Notes under the pieces: model-generated
Databases searched by the model: none
What the model was told of the DNA's origin: nothing
What the model saw: only the letters and a program-made list of their open reading frames with translations
Origin: Malacoraja senta
Lineage: Eukaryota
Length of the DNA: 64,000 nt
Assembly: GCA_038087875.1 (NCBI GenBank)
Contig: JAXLNO010000132.1
Location: 1 to 64,000 of the forward strand
Direction of reading: 5' to 3'
Program-made: the position numbers and the translations under genes
In this document: positions 21,402 to 33,804 of the stretch, piece after piece
Position numbering within the stretch: position 1 is the first letter of the stretch
How the letters are laid out: each line of letters starts with the position of its first letter

Positions 21402-21595
21402 GCAATCAATAAAGGGCTATAGGTCTATTGCTAGTTTATGTACAGGGACATCTATCCGTGCACTGTACTTGTATTTATATTTATGCATTTTAAATATGTA
21501 TGTTATGTTTTATACTTTGGCAATATAACGATGTATTTTATCATGCCAATAAAGTTTTTTTTAATTGAAAATTCAAAATTAAAATTGAAATTGAC
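21402..21595 (+). mobile_element. 5'-truncated 3'-end copy of the 22467-35038 LINE, inside a GA/GACA tract
   Basis: Closely matches 34852-35038, including gccaataaag and the (aattga)-type tail. Confidence 0.9.
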
Positions 21596-21889
21596 AGAGA
21601 GAGAGGCAGTAAGAGAGGCAGAGAGAGAGAGGGAGAGAGAAAGAGGGAGAGGCAGAGACAGAGAGAGGCAGAGAGAGGCACAGAGAGTGAGACTGTGAGA
21701 GAGAGAGAGACAGGGAGAGAGAGAAAGAGTGAGAGAGGGAGAAAGAGAGACAGGGAGAACGGGGAGAGGGAGAGAGCGAGGGACAGAGAGTGAGAGACGG
21801 AGAGAGATGGAGAGAGACAGAGTGAGACTGAGAGACAGAGGGACAGAGAGACAGAGAGACACAGAGTGAGACAGTGAGAGAGAGAGGCA

Positions 21890-22278
21890 GAGGTATAGAG
21901 GTGTTTTAGAAACTTACAAAATTCTTAAGGGGTTGGACAGGCTAGATGCAGGAAGATTGTTCCCAATGTTGGGGAAGTCCAGGACAAGGGGTCGCAGTTT
22001 AAGGATAAAGGGGAAATCCATTAGGACCGAGATGAGAAAAACATTTTTCACACAGAGAGTGGTGAATTTCTGGAACTCTCTGCCACAGAAGGTAGTTGAG
22101 GCCAGTTCATTGGCTATATTTAAGAGGGAGTTAAATGTGGCTCTTGTGGCTAAAGGGATCAGGGGGTATGGAGAGAAGGCAGGTACAGGATACTGAGTTG
22201 GATGATCAGCCATGGTCATATTGAATGGCTCGAAGGGCCGAATGGCCTACTCCAGCACCTATTTTCTATGTTTCTATA
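21890..22278 (+). mobile_element. CR1 LINE 3' end
   Basis: ORF 21933-22196 and tail. Confidence 0.9.
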
Positions 22279-22297
22279 GAGAGAGAGAGACAGAGAC

Positions 22298-22333
<36 letters not shown>

Positions 22334-22466
22334 TGAGAGAGGGAGACACACAGAGAGAGACAGAGAGGCAGAAAGACAGAAAGAGAGAGAGAGGGGAAAG
22401 AAAGAACAAAGAGAGAGAGAGACGGACAGAGAGTGGGAGACAGAGAGAGAGAGAGACAGAGAGAGA

Positions 22467-24727
22467 TCAGGAAGCTGCTGCACGCCCTATGTTCCCATCT
22501 TCTATGGTAACAAAGAATACATATATATAAACAGTCCCTTCCGAGTGACTGATAAAAACAGCATATGATTGCACTGAATTAGTATTGTTGATATTGCTAT
22601 TAATACTGTTGATATTGCTATTATTAATATAGTTATTATTACTAGGTGGCAGTACGAGTCTGCCTTACCATGGCATACAAAACTTTACCTAACATTCCCC
22701 AATTATAGAAAAAAATAGTGTTTTCGCACCTGTCCCACAAAATATGTTTTATTTTGTTTTTAAAGGTATATAAATACAAAATAAATGAGTTCATTTCATA
22801 TAGGCTGCTGGAATATCCAGGGTCTCTACTCTTCAACCTTCGGGATGAAGACTGGGAACCCTAAATTCCTAAAGTCTGTAGCAGACACTGATATAATGAT
22901 ATTAACGGAAACATGGTACCGAAAGGATACGTTCATTCACTGCCCCTCAGGGTACCATGAAGTCATGGTGCCCTCAGTAAAAACTACTATATACATAAGG
23001 GCAGAACCTCCGGGGGGTCTTGGTATGGTACAAAGAAGAACTAGACAGTCACATTACATCAATAAAACAGGGGAAATCACATATATGGTTGAAACTAGAT
23101 AAAACAATTGGAATAACTGGAAAAGATATATATCTATGTGCCGCCTACATACCCCCAATAGAATGGCCATATTTTGAAGAGGATATATTTGAAACTCTCC
23201 ACATGGAAATCAATCATTTCCAGGCCCAGGGAAATGTGCTGCTATGTGGAGACCTGAATGCAAGGACCGGATGTGAACCCGATTCCATAGACCCACAGGA
23301 CAACAACCATGTGTTTGGTCAAACCCCCTTGTATGTCACACCAAATATCATTAACCAGAACAACCTTGACTGTGAAATAAATAAAATGGTAGAGTGGTAG
23401 TGCATCTCTGCCGAGCCTGGGGCCTGTACATAGTTAATGGTAGGTTCATTGGGGACTCGCTGGGAAGGTTTACATATTCCTCATCTCTTGGGTCTAGCGT
23501 GGTAGACTACGCAATTACTGACATAGACCCCTGCACTATTAGTTCATTCAGTTAGGCAGCAGTCCCCTCTTTCAGACCATAGTCAAATCAATGTGTACCT
23601 AAAATTTCCTGTTCAAACTAAAGACGTAAAAAAGGAACCCAGTAAGCTGTATAAACTAAATCAGACTTACAGATGGGCTTCAGATAGTGGAGATAAATTC
23701 ATCGTGGCCCTGAATTCACTTGATCTCACAAATAAAATACTGAAATTCAAGACAAACCCATATGAGACTACTAGAGATGGTGTAAACATGGCTATAAATG
23801 ACATTAATATGATCTTTCACAAGGCAGCTATCAAAGCTGACCTTGTGAAACAGAAGAGAAAAATTATCAAAAAACACAACCATGAAAAATGGTTCGACCA
23901 CGAGTGTAAAAGTGTCAGAAAAGATCTGAGGAAAATATCGAAACAAAAACACCGTCAATCCAGACTTACGCATTGGATATAATGAAACTCTTAAAAGGTA
24001 TAAACACACGATTAGGAACAAAAGACAAAATCACACTCACAAAAGACTTAAAGAAATTGAAAATTCCACAAATCAAAACCAATTTTGGGATATGTGGAAT
24101 AACCTGAGCACAACAAAACTACAAACATTACCAATTCAAGACGGTGATATCTGGAGACCACATTTCAAAAATCTTTATAAAGACATCCCAATAAATAAAA
24201 TAAACTTAAATTATTCTCATATCAAAGAAAAACTCCAAACACTAGAAACAATAATTAAAGATTATCAAAACCCTCTTGATTTCCCAATTACTTTGGAAGA
24301 ACTGACCATAAAAATAAAATCTCTTCACTCAAAGAAAGCCTGTGGTTCAGAGAGCATTAAAAATGAAATGCTCAAGTACAGCACTCCAGAGATGCAGGAC
24401 ATAGTGCTTAGGCTGTTCAACATCATACTACGTTCAGGTTATTTCCCTGATATTTGGTGTCAAGGGCTTATTTCACCCATTTATAAGAGCGGAAACAAAT
24501 TACACCCAAATAATTATCGTGGCATCTGTGTCAGTAGCTGCCTAGGGAAGTTATTCTGCAGTATCATAAATAACAGTATGCAGGATTTCCTTAACAAATA
24601 CAACATTCTCAGTAAAAAACAAATTGGCTTCCTCCCAAAACACCGTACCACATTTATACCCTCCACACTATCATTGAAAAACATGAGCAAAAAATGGAAA
24701 AATATTTGCCTGTTTTATTGATTTCAG
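22467..24727 (+). mobile_element. LINE (RTE-X-like; clade uncertain), 5' part: APE endonuclease and RT N-terminus, frameshifted
   Basis: IGCWNIQGL..LTETW, GDLNART, SVVDY, LSDH; PIYKSG..PNNYRGI..QIGF; ends at FACFIDF. Confidence 0.85.
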
Positions 24728-27690
24728 GTCCATGGAGCCAGGCTGCAGAAGCCAGGTCAGCAGCACCTAGTAAAGGGCTGCTTGATAGCACCCTCATTGA
24801 TGAGGCGCGTGCACAGGGTCAGCAGAGTTCTCCGATGCAAGCGAAGACGGCAGCTGCCAGATGTTCTATTTCTGGCAGTACGATTCGCTGCTGTGTGAGA
24901 GTTCTGACCCTGACTCTGACGGTGAGGCCGATACAAGTAAAGACGGCAACTGCCAGATGTTCTACTCCTGGCAGTACGATTCGCTGCCCTGTCAGAGTCA
25001 GGAGAGCCACTGGGAGAAGAAGTGGCCTCTACGATCAACTATTTTGTCTTCCATCAGCTCCAGTAACTTACGATGAATGAAAATGCCAAAAAAGCATGAG
25101 ACCCCAAGGAACTGCGTATTGCTGAAAGTACTAGCAGTGAACCAAGATATAAGGGGTCAGATGGGCGAGGGCATGTGAGCCTAAGAAATAAAACTGCAGA
25201 GAATATTGAAGCTGCTGGGTTGAGGAACGACTGCATTTTTGCAAGAACAATGGATGGAGGCCAGGGATGGAGATGCATCAAGAGGCACTAGGGTTGCTAT
25301 GTAGCACCCACTTCGAGATGAATTGTTTCAGGAAGCATGCCATTCGGCCCACCATCAACCCCAAGTTGCAGCAACTCTGTAAAGCCCAGCAATGTGCAGG
25401 CACTCAACTTACTCTTCGGAGAAAAACCTCACGAAACGTGGGAAAGAGTTGGATGATGAGGCAAAAACAGCAAGGTTGATCAAAACATCGATGGTCTGCA
25501 AGTCTGTGAAGAGGAGGTATCCTTTCAGACATCATACAGAATCCTGGGCCTACACCAGGAACAAGTCGACCATTGAAGCAGGGGCGCAGTTGGCGTCCTG
25601 CAGCTGGAACATGAAAAAGCGTGGGTTTTTCCTGCCAGGAGCCAGGGACCACAGGTCACTCAGGTGACAAAGGGGGTAGGTGGACCTGGTTCTCATTGGA
25701 ACATATTAAGGCAAAAACAGCCAAATATTGGAAGCAAATTACTTCAGATTCATTATTCTGAGTATTATTCAAAGGTTTGAATTGATTCGATCCAAAGAGT
25801 GATTTGCCATCCAGCATGTTCCTAGAAGAACACTCCAATTTCACAAAAAGAAGTGATGGAGGTTCAAGCTGAATTTGAAAACTTGTCTATAAACAAGTAA
25901 TTGAAAGGTTGGTTTATCAAAACCACCAAATTGTGTTTAAATTTTCTCGACCTAAAAAGGTGAGGAGTATTTTAGATCTGACAAGTCTTTAAAATGTTGT
26001 GAAGTATAGACACTTCAAAATGGAGACTTTGAGACTGCCAAACAACATTTCAAAAGATGTTTTGTGGCACCTATAGATCTGAAAGATGTATATTACTCAG
26101 TGTCTGTTCATTTGTAAGATAAAAATATTTGAAATTTATCTGAATGAAACAATTATGGCAATTCAAAGTTCTGTCTAATGGGTTAACTGCAGTTCCTAGA
26201 ATTTCACTGAATTGGTAAAACCAATGTTGGGGCTAATTAGAGTCCAAGGACAGATGTTCATGGCTTAACTAGATGATGTCCTAATTAGGACGAAAAAGAG
26301 AATTAGTGAGTTATCTCTCTCAATTGTTCAATCCACTTTTGAAAGTTTTGTGTTTAATTCATCCAGGTAAATCAAGGTTAACGCCACTTACAACAATTGA
26401 TTATTTTAATTTCACAATTGATTCATTTGACATGGTAGTAATTTTACCGAGGTAAAGGGTAGAGCTGATTGATGGTTGCATTAAACTGTTGAAAAAGCAA
26501 CAATCTTCAATTACGACAGGTGGCCAGCTTGCTAGGAAAATTAGTGTTATTTCCAGCAATACAATATGGGCCATTGCACTACCAGCAGCTACAGATGGCA
26601 AAAAAGAAAAGGCACTAAGATGCATGGCGGCCATTTTGATAGGCCATGCAGTTAAACAACAAATGCTGCTTCTGATTTGCAGTGGTGGATTTAACATGTC
26701 TCCAGTAGTTCGAGCAAGGTACTGATTGAACAGCCTTCCATGGTCTTACAGACTGATGTCAGTGCACTAGGATTGGTGCCACTGAAATGGTATCCATCTG
26801 TGGACAGATGGAATATGGAAGAGGCATTATTTTTGCAGACATGGAGAATCACCATTTTACTGTTGGAAGCTGTTGGAAGGCTTATGAGCTCCAAGCTTGT
26901 TGTTAATACAACTAATCTGCATGTGCAGCTTCAAATTAACAATACTACAGCAATGGCATGTATTAATCGTATGGGTGGAATTAAGTTGGTGTCATGTGAC
27001 AAATTGGCTAATCAAATCTGGACTTGGTGTGTTGACAAATATTTGGTTTCAGCTATTTATCTATCAGGTAGATTCAATATAGTAGCAGACAGCAGGTTAC
27101 GGGAATTTCCATGATAACAAAGAATGGATGTTGAATCTTAAGATTTTAATGATATAGTAGTCAGATTTGGGAAGTCAGATACGACTTGTTTCCATCCAGA
27201 CTCAATCACCAGTTACAGAGATATGTGTTATGGGAACTACATCAGGAGACAGTAGCGATTGATGCTTTATCAATTAGGGTGGTATGTTTTTATATGCATT
27301 TTCCATCATTCTGTCTCATAAACCGGTGTCTGCTTAAAATGAAGCAGGATGCAGCCTCTGGGGTACTGGTAGTACCGGACTGGTCTACGCAGCCATGGTT
27401 CCCTTTGATATTGGAATTAATGACACAGTTTCTGATAAAGGTTCCCAAAAGAAGGGATTTACTGGTGTATCCGATAATTGGAGAGTAACATCCGTTATAT
27501 GCCTGTATGGATCTGTTAATTTGCAGGTTTTAAAAAGAGGATTGTCTGGGCATGCTGTGGACATGCTTACAGCAGTCTGGCGGAAGAGCACTCAAAAGCA
27601 GTACATTTGCGAATCTGAGGTTGTGACTGTAAATGCTGCTTTCCCATTATGTAAAGAATGGGAAAATTTTCTGTGTACAAAAGAATATTG
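24728..27690 (+). mobile_element. Outer DIRS1-type retrotransposon, left part (5'-deleted): gag, RT/RNase H, methyltransferase, start of YR
   Basis: Colinear homology with the inner element; MA*LDD (Y to stop) near 26260-26280; LQTDVS; INNTTAMACINRMGG; SRLNHQL..FPSF..VPDWSTQPWFP. Confidence 0.9.
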
Positions 27691-28229
27691 AATAGTAAGA
27701 TTAAACGAGAACTTACCTAAGTTTGAAGTTTGATCTTTATTTTATGAGGAGTTACGTAGGTGATTACGTGAAGAACCCCGCCAGTGCGCCTGCGCGTCAA
27801 TCTTCAAAGCAACGGTGTGAAATCACAAAAAACAACAACCGAAGTAATATAGTCTCGTAATAAAACGAGTAATACAAGAACTTCCATCTGACCGTTATGA
27901 TAGTGGGTAGGGTCGTGGCGGGCACGTAATCACCTACGTAACCCCTCATAAAATAAAGATCAAACTTCAAACTTAGGTAAGTTCTCGTTTAATCTTACTA
28001 TTTTACTTCGGAGTCACGTGAGTGACTACGTGAAGATTTTAAAGCTTTGTGATTTCATGCCATGGATCAATCCCGGCTTCTCACTGCATAGATTGACTCG
28101 GAACGAGAATAATCAATCATGCATTCATAATAACATTTGTACCACAAATGCAGTAATTCATTTCAATAATGAAATTAATCAGATCCCCTTTAAACCAGAG
28201 GAATTTACACAGAACTTAAAATAGTTTCT

Positions 28230-29140
28230 GCAAACAATCCCGCAGTAACAATAGGCCGATGGTAAAAATGTTGAAACATCAACTCATTGGACCATCCGGC
28301 GGCTGCGAGGTTATGGTCGATGGGGACGTCTTTTGCCCTGGCCGCCGACTTTTCTGCTGCCCTAGTCGAGTGAGACGTAAAAACATAAGTTTTAATACCA
28401 GCAGCTGTTATGACTTATTTTATCCATCAGGAAATAGTCTGTATTGAAACTCTCTTGTGTGGTTTCTTGTGTGTGATTAACAACCCAGTTTCCGTATTTC
28501 TTAATTTCTTTGTGACCTCAATGCATTGTCACAAATATGTCTTAACACAGAGAAAAGGATCATTTGGATATGCTGCTGGCATTATTTTAAATCCTGTCAC
28601 ACCTGGCCTAATTTGCTTTAATAGGTCATAGATATAGAATGTAACCTTGTCTTCAGTTACTTCCATAGTGTCTATTTGTAATTTTCCAAGTGTTTGCACT
28701 CGTTGTGCTGTCACTCATGCCATAAGCATGAATACTTTCATCCTGAGCTTGACCAAAGGTAAAGACACACTTGGTGACCATTCACGAAGTAGTTTCAGTA
28801 CCACACTTACATCCCAGATTGTCATGTCCCTAGGTTTCGGTGGTTTGGAATTAAAGATTCCTTTCATTAGTCTGGAAAGAATTGGGTGTGACCCAATTGG
28901 GTTTATTTCTGAATCCAGAACCAAATATGAGGGCAATGCACTTATGGCTGAATTAATTGCACTACAACACAGACCTTCATCATAATAGAGTTTTGACAGA
29001 TTTTCTAAACATTTGAAATATCTGCAGTACTATATTGCAAATTCTTTTGTACACAGAACCTTTCCCATTTCTTAATATAAGAAAGGTACTGTTTTTTGAG
29101 TGCTCTTCCTCCAGGCTGCCGTAAGCATGTCCACAGTATG
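28230..29140 (-). pseudogene. DIRS tyrosine recombinase (frameshifted)
   Basis: HPILSRLMKGIFN..WDV, TAQRVQTL, LCVKT, SHSTRAA, AAGWS...FQHFY catalytic motifs. Confidence 0.9.
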
Positions 29141-29141
29141 C

Positions 29142-29590
29142 TCAGACAGTCCTCGCCCCAGAAAAGGCCTTCTTAAACCTGCAAATCAACAAACCCAAAC
29201 GATCATATAATGGATGTTGTTTCCCTGTTACAGGGTGCAGCAATAAATTACTCCTTTTTGGGACTTTCATCAACATTTGTGTTGTTAATTCTAATATCAA
29301 TGGATACCATGGCTGTGTAGGCCAATCTGGTATTACCAATACACCTGAATCAGCATCTTGCCTGACTTTAAGCAAACACTGGCTTATAAGGCAGAAAAGT
29401 GGAAATATATATGACAACATACCACTCCAATGTAGCGAGAAAGAATCAATCGCCACTGCTCCTGGATCTGATTCACATGAGACGTATCTTGATAGCTGAT
29501 GATTCAGTCTAGATGTAAACAAGTCAATGTCGGGCATTCCAAATCTGATTACTATATCATTGAATACCTCTCGATTCAACATCCATTCTT
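29142..29590 (-). pseudogene. DIRS Dam-like DNA N6-adenine methyltransferase domain
   Basis: DIDLFTSRLNHQL..Y..AIDSF..W..YIFPLF..VIPDWPTQPWYP, the MT domain typical of DIRS1. Confidence 0.85.
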
Positions 29591-31080
29591 ATTATCATGG
29601 AACTTTCGTGACCTGGTGTCTGCTATCGTGTTCATTCTACCTGGTAGATAGATAGCTGAAATCCAAATATTCTTTTCAATACACCCAGTCCAAAGTTGAT
29701 TAGCCATTTTGTCACATGACCCTGACTTGATTTCATCCATATCATTAATATAGGCAGTTGCTGTTGTGTTTATCAATCTGAACTTGAACATGCCTTTTAG
29801 TTGTGTTAGAACAATAACCTTGGAGTCCATAGAAACATCCTAAATCTCCAAATAGTTAACTGCCCATGTCTGCAGTAACAATGACTCTTCCTGATTCCAT
29901 CTGCCTCCGCAGCTAGATGCTGTCAGTTTCACCCCATCCTAGTGTACTGGCATCTGTTTGTAATATCATGGAAGGTTTGTTCAATCAGCACTCTGCTGGA
30001 ACTGCTTGGGACATGTAGAATCAACCACTGCAGATCAGAAACAGCATTTGTTGTCAGTTGCATGGTTCTATCAAAATGACCAACATGCATTCTCAGTGCC
30101 TGTTCTTTAACTCTCTTCAGCTGTTGATAATATAATGGTCCGAATTGGACTGCTGGGAATGCTGCTACTAATTTTCCCAGTACTCGAGCCACCTGTCTGA
30201 TTGAGGGGTTTTGCTCGTTTACCAGATTACTGCAATCTTTAATCAACTCCACCCTTTTTTCACTGGGCAAAGTAATTTTCATTTGGACTGAATCAATTGT
30301 GAACCCCAAATAATCAATCGAGGTACATGGTGTTAACCTTGATTCCTTTGGATGAATTAGAAACCCCAAACTTTCAAAAGTTGATTTCACAACTGCCACA
30401 GATGCTTCTGTTGACTGTTTTGTCCTTCCTATAATCAGGACATCATCCAAAATATGCCATTAGTACATGCCCCTTGCTTCTTAGCAACCCCAGAATTGGT
30501 TTTAATAATTTTGTGAATATTCTGGGAGCGGACGTTAACCCATTAGGCAAAGCTTTGAACTGCCATTACTGGTGCATCCATGTAAATTTAAGATACTGAA
30601 TATGTATCTTTTAAATCTATAGTTGCCATATGACATGCTTCTGGAAATAAGTTGTTTGGCAGTCACAAATGTCTCTTTTTAAAATGTTTAAATTAAACAA
30701 AAGGATTCAGACTTGTCAAGTCTAGAATAATCCCACATCCTCGATCCTTTTTTGATCGAGGGAATATATTTAACACAAATTGGTGAATTTGGTAGACTGA
30801 TTCTTCAATAACACCTTTTATATATAGGGTTTGAAACGCAGCTTGAACCTCCATCACTTCTTTTTGTGCAAACCATATGACAATTACAGCAGGAAAACAG
30901 GCCATCTCGGCCTTTCAAGTCCATGCCGAAGAAGTGGAGAATTCTGCTAGGAACATGCTGGACAGGCAAATCATAATTTGGATTGAATTCAATTCGAAAT
31001 CCTTGTATACTATTCAGAATTACCACATCTGAAGTAATCTTCCAATTGTTTATAGAAGAGACATAATCTGCCTCCAACTT
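29590..31080 (-). pseudogene. DIRS reverse transcriptase/RNase H (frameshifted)
   Basis: IQGFRIEF, ILDLTSLN, YLDD with a 1-nt insertion near 30450, YLGFTIDS, NTTATAYIN, YLPGRMNTIAD. Confidence 0.9.
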
Positions 31081-31214
31081 TTGGACTTAATCCAGTTAGT
31101 ATGTTCCCATGAGAACCAGGTCCACCTATCTCTTGAGTCATTTGAGTACTCTGAGATTCCTGGATTCTCCCGGAAGCACCCTCACTGGTTCTTGCTCCCG
31201 CTGCAGGCCGCCAG

Positions 31215-32291
31215 CTACGTCCCTGCGTTAATGAGCGACTTGGCCCTGTCCAGGATCCGTATGACGTCTGAAAGGATATTCCTCTTTACAGACTTTACAA
31301 CCATTGATATTTTCATCAATCCTGTTTTCGCTTCATCTTCCACCTCTTTAACACATCTCTCGAGATCCTCTCCAAAGAGTAAGTTGGGTAATTGTACATT
31401 ACTTGGCTTGTAGAGTGCTGCGAATTTCGGATTCATAATAGGACGTATAGCACCTTTCCTCGGACAATTGATCTCGAAGTGGGTGCTGCATAGCAACCCC
31501 ATGCTATTCTGGCAAAAGCAGTAATTCCAGAACCCAGCAGCTTTAATATTCTCTGCAATTTTAATTCTTGAGTTCTCATAGTCATACTCAATTGATTCCA
31601 GATGATTTGATTCACTGCTGGTGCTTTCAGCAACACACAGTTGCTTGGGGTCTCATGCTTTCTTGCAGTATCATCCATCTCCTGCTGTTCCAGCTGATGG
31701 GAAACCAAGTGATTTATTAAGGAGGCCAGCTCATCTCCTAGTGGCTCTCCTGACCCTGACGGGGCAGCGAAGCGTACTGCCAGCGGTGGAATATCTGGTA
31801 TCTGCAGTTCTTCACCTTGTATAGCCTCACCGTCAGAGTCGGGGTCTGAACTCTCATGACCCATAGCACTCTCCTCATCTCTGAGGGTGCATTCCATCAG
31901 CCCTGTGCCAGGTGCTGTTTAGGCTGCTTCCAGCAGCTTGTATTTCAGTACACTCCTCCTTGAGTGTACTTTGCTCCAATAGCCTATGCAGAAGGCTTTC
32001 CATCTGGCTAATACGCACAAAGGCAGTATCTAGCCCTGGAGCTTCCATTGCCTGGGACTCCTCCTCCGTGGGCCGTCTGGATTTAAACTTGGCCTTTCGC
32101 CCGACAGGCGCTGACTGAGTTTTCATCAGTCCCAGGTCCACAGTCGCTATGCTCACCGCTGGCGACTGTACCGGGGTTAGAGGTGGCTGGCTTGTACCCG
32201 GAGATTCCCGACTTTCTGCCGGCTGAATCGCACGCCTCTTCCCCCTGCCCGTTTTTTCCATGGCGTCTGTGAAAAAATCCCATAGACCCAC
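31215..32291 (-). pseudogene. DIRS ORF1 (gag-like), broken into three ORFs
   Basis: Position between left terminus and RT; PSNC..APAVNQIIW and LLFGEDL motifs; homologous to 24730-25500. Confidence 0.7.
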
Positions 32292-32471
32292 AGAAAACGG
32301 ACCTGGAAATACTTTAAAAAGTTTCTACCTACCTTGTAGTTGTAAAAACTACAAACCACTGGAGGAGCTCTGCTCCTCACGTCCGTTTGCGTCGAGGCGT
32401 CTGACGTAATGACGCGCAGGCGCACTGGCGGGGTTCTTCATGTAGTCACTCACGTGACTCCGAAGTAAAAT

Positions 32472-33804
32472 GTTGTACGGCACATGTCTCAAATGTCTTA
32501 GGTTTTCTCAACACTATTATGACGGGTTGAGTTATAGTGCGATTTATTCAGCCAGAAGTACATCGTCCTCGTTTTTTATTGATGGGGTCGGAAAGACATC
32601 CTGTTGAGTCTCGTTCTTTCGTTTCCAGATTAATGAAAGGAATTTTAATTCCAGACCTTCTAAACCTAGGTATGGCAATCTGGAATATAGAGTGGTTTTA
32701 AGCGACTTCATCAATGGACTCTTGGTACGATTCTGATTTGGCCAAGTTCAGCATGAAGGTAGTCATGCTTATGGCATTTGTAACAAGCACAGAGAGTGCA
32801 GACATTACAAAAGTTACAGATACACAGGATGGAGGTACCTCAGGATAATGTTATGTTTTACATTTATGACCTACTCAAATGAAGTAGGGTCAGGTGTGCC
32901 AGGATTCAAGAGTGTTTTATTAGAATAGTCCATGGATCCATGTCTATGTGTTAAGACATATTTGTTGCAATACATTGAGGCTACAAAGGTCTTATGAAAT
33001 ATGAAAACAAGATTGTTTATCATTCACGAAAAACCATACAAGATAGTGTCAGTTCAGACTATTTCAAGATGGTTAAAACTAGTCTTGGTTGCTGCAGGTG
33101 TTAACAGTGATGTTTTTTACATCCCATTCGATTTAGCAGCAACATCGGTGGCCAGGGCGAAGGACGTCCCGTCGACCATATTCTCGCAGCCGCCGGGTGA
33201 TCTAATAAGTTGGTGTTTCAACACTTTTACCATCGGCCTATTGCCAATACGGGGCTGTTTGCAGATACTATGTTAAGTTCTGCTTAAATTCCCCTGGGTT
33301 AAAGGGGATACTGTTAATTCTATTATTCAAATAAATGAATTACTGCATTTTTTCATGCAAATGTCATTAATGCATTATTGATTATTTCTCGTTCCGAGTC
33401 AATCAATGCAGTGAGAAGCCGGGATTTGAATCTGCGGCATGAAATCACAAAGCTTTAAAGTCTTCACGTAGTCACTCACGTGACTCCGAAGTAAAATAGT
33501 AAGATTAAACGAGAACTTACCAGTTTGAAGTTTGATCTTTATTTTATGAGGAGTTACGTTGGTGATTACGTGCCCACCACGCCCAACCCTCTTTCATAAA
33601 GGTCAGCTGGAAGTTCTAAAATTTACTCGTTTTTACTATGTTACTATGTTACTTCATTATTGGTGTTTTGTGATTTCACACCGCTGCTTTGAAGATTGAC
33701 GCGCAGGTGCCCTGACGGGTCTTCTTCACGTAATCACCAACGTAACTGCTCATAAAATAAAGATCAAACTTCAAACTGGTAAGTTCTCGTTTAATCTTAC
33801 TATT
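32472..33804 (+). mobile_element. Outer DIRS element, right part: rest of YR, ICR and right terminus
   Basis: QTISRWLKLVL..AGV; ICR 33495-33572 is complementary to terminus 33727-33804 (77/78). Confidence 0.9.

Larger units (their letters stand above)
27691..32471 (-). mobile_element. Inner DIRS1-type retrotransposon, full length (~4.8 kb), ORFs disabled
   Basis: Both termini, ITR (gaagaaccccgccagtgcgcctgcgcgtca) and ICR (27923-28036) present; order gag-RT-RH-MT-YR. Confidence 0.95.

Noticed and set aside
1380..22530. Many long ORFs rich in HT, CV, LS or ER dipeptides
   Set aside because: Translations of (CA)n, (GA)n and (CT)n microsatellites
29142..29582. Bacterial/phage contamination or a restriction-modification system
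   Set aside because: The methyltransferase sits in its usual position inside a DIRS1 element with clean junctions to eukaryotic repeats
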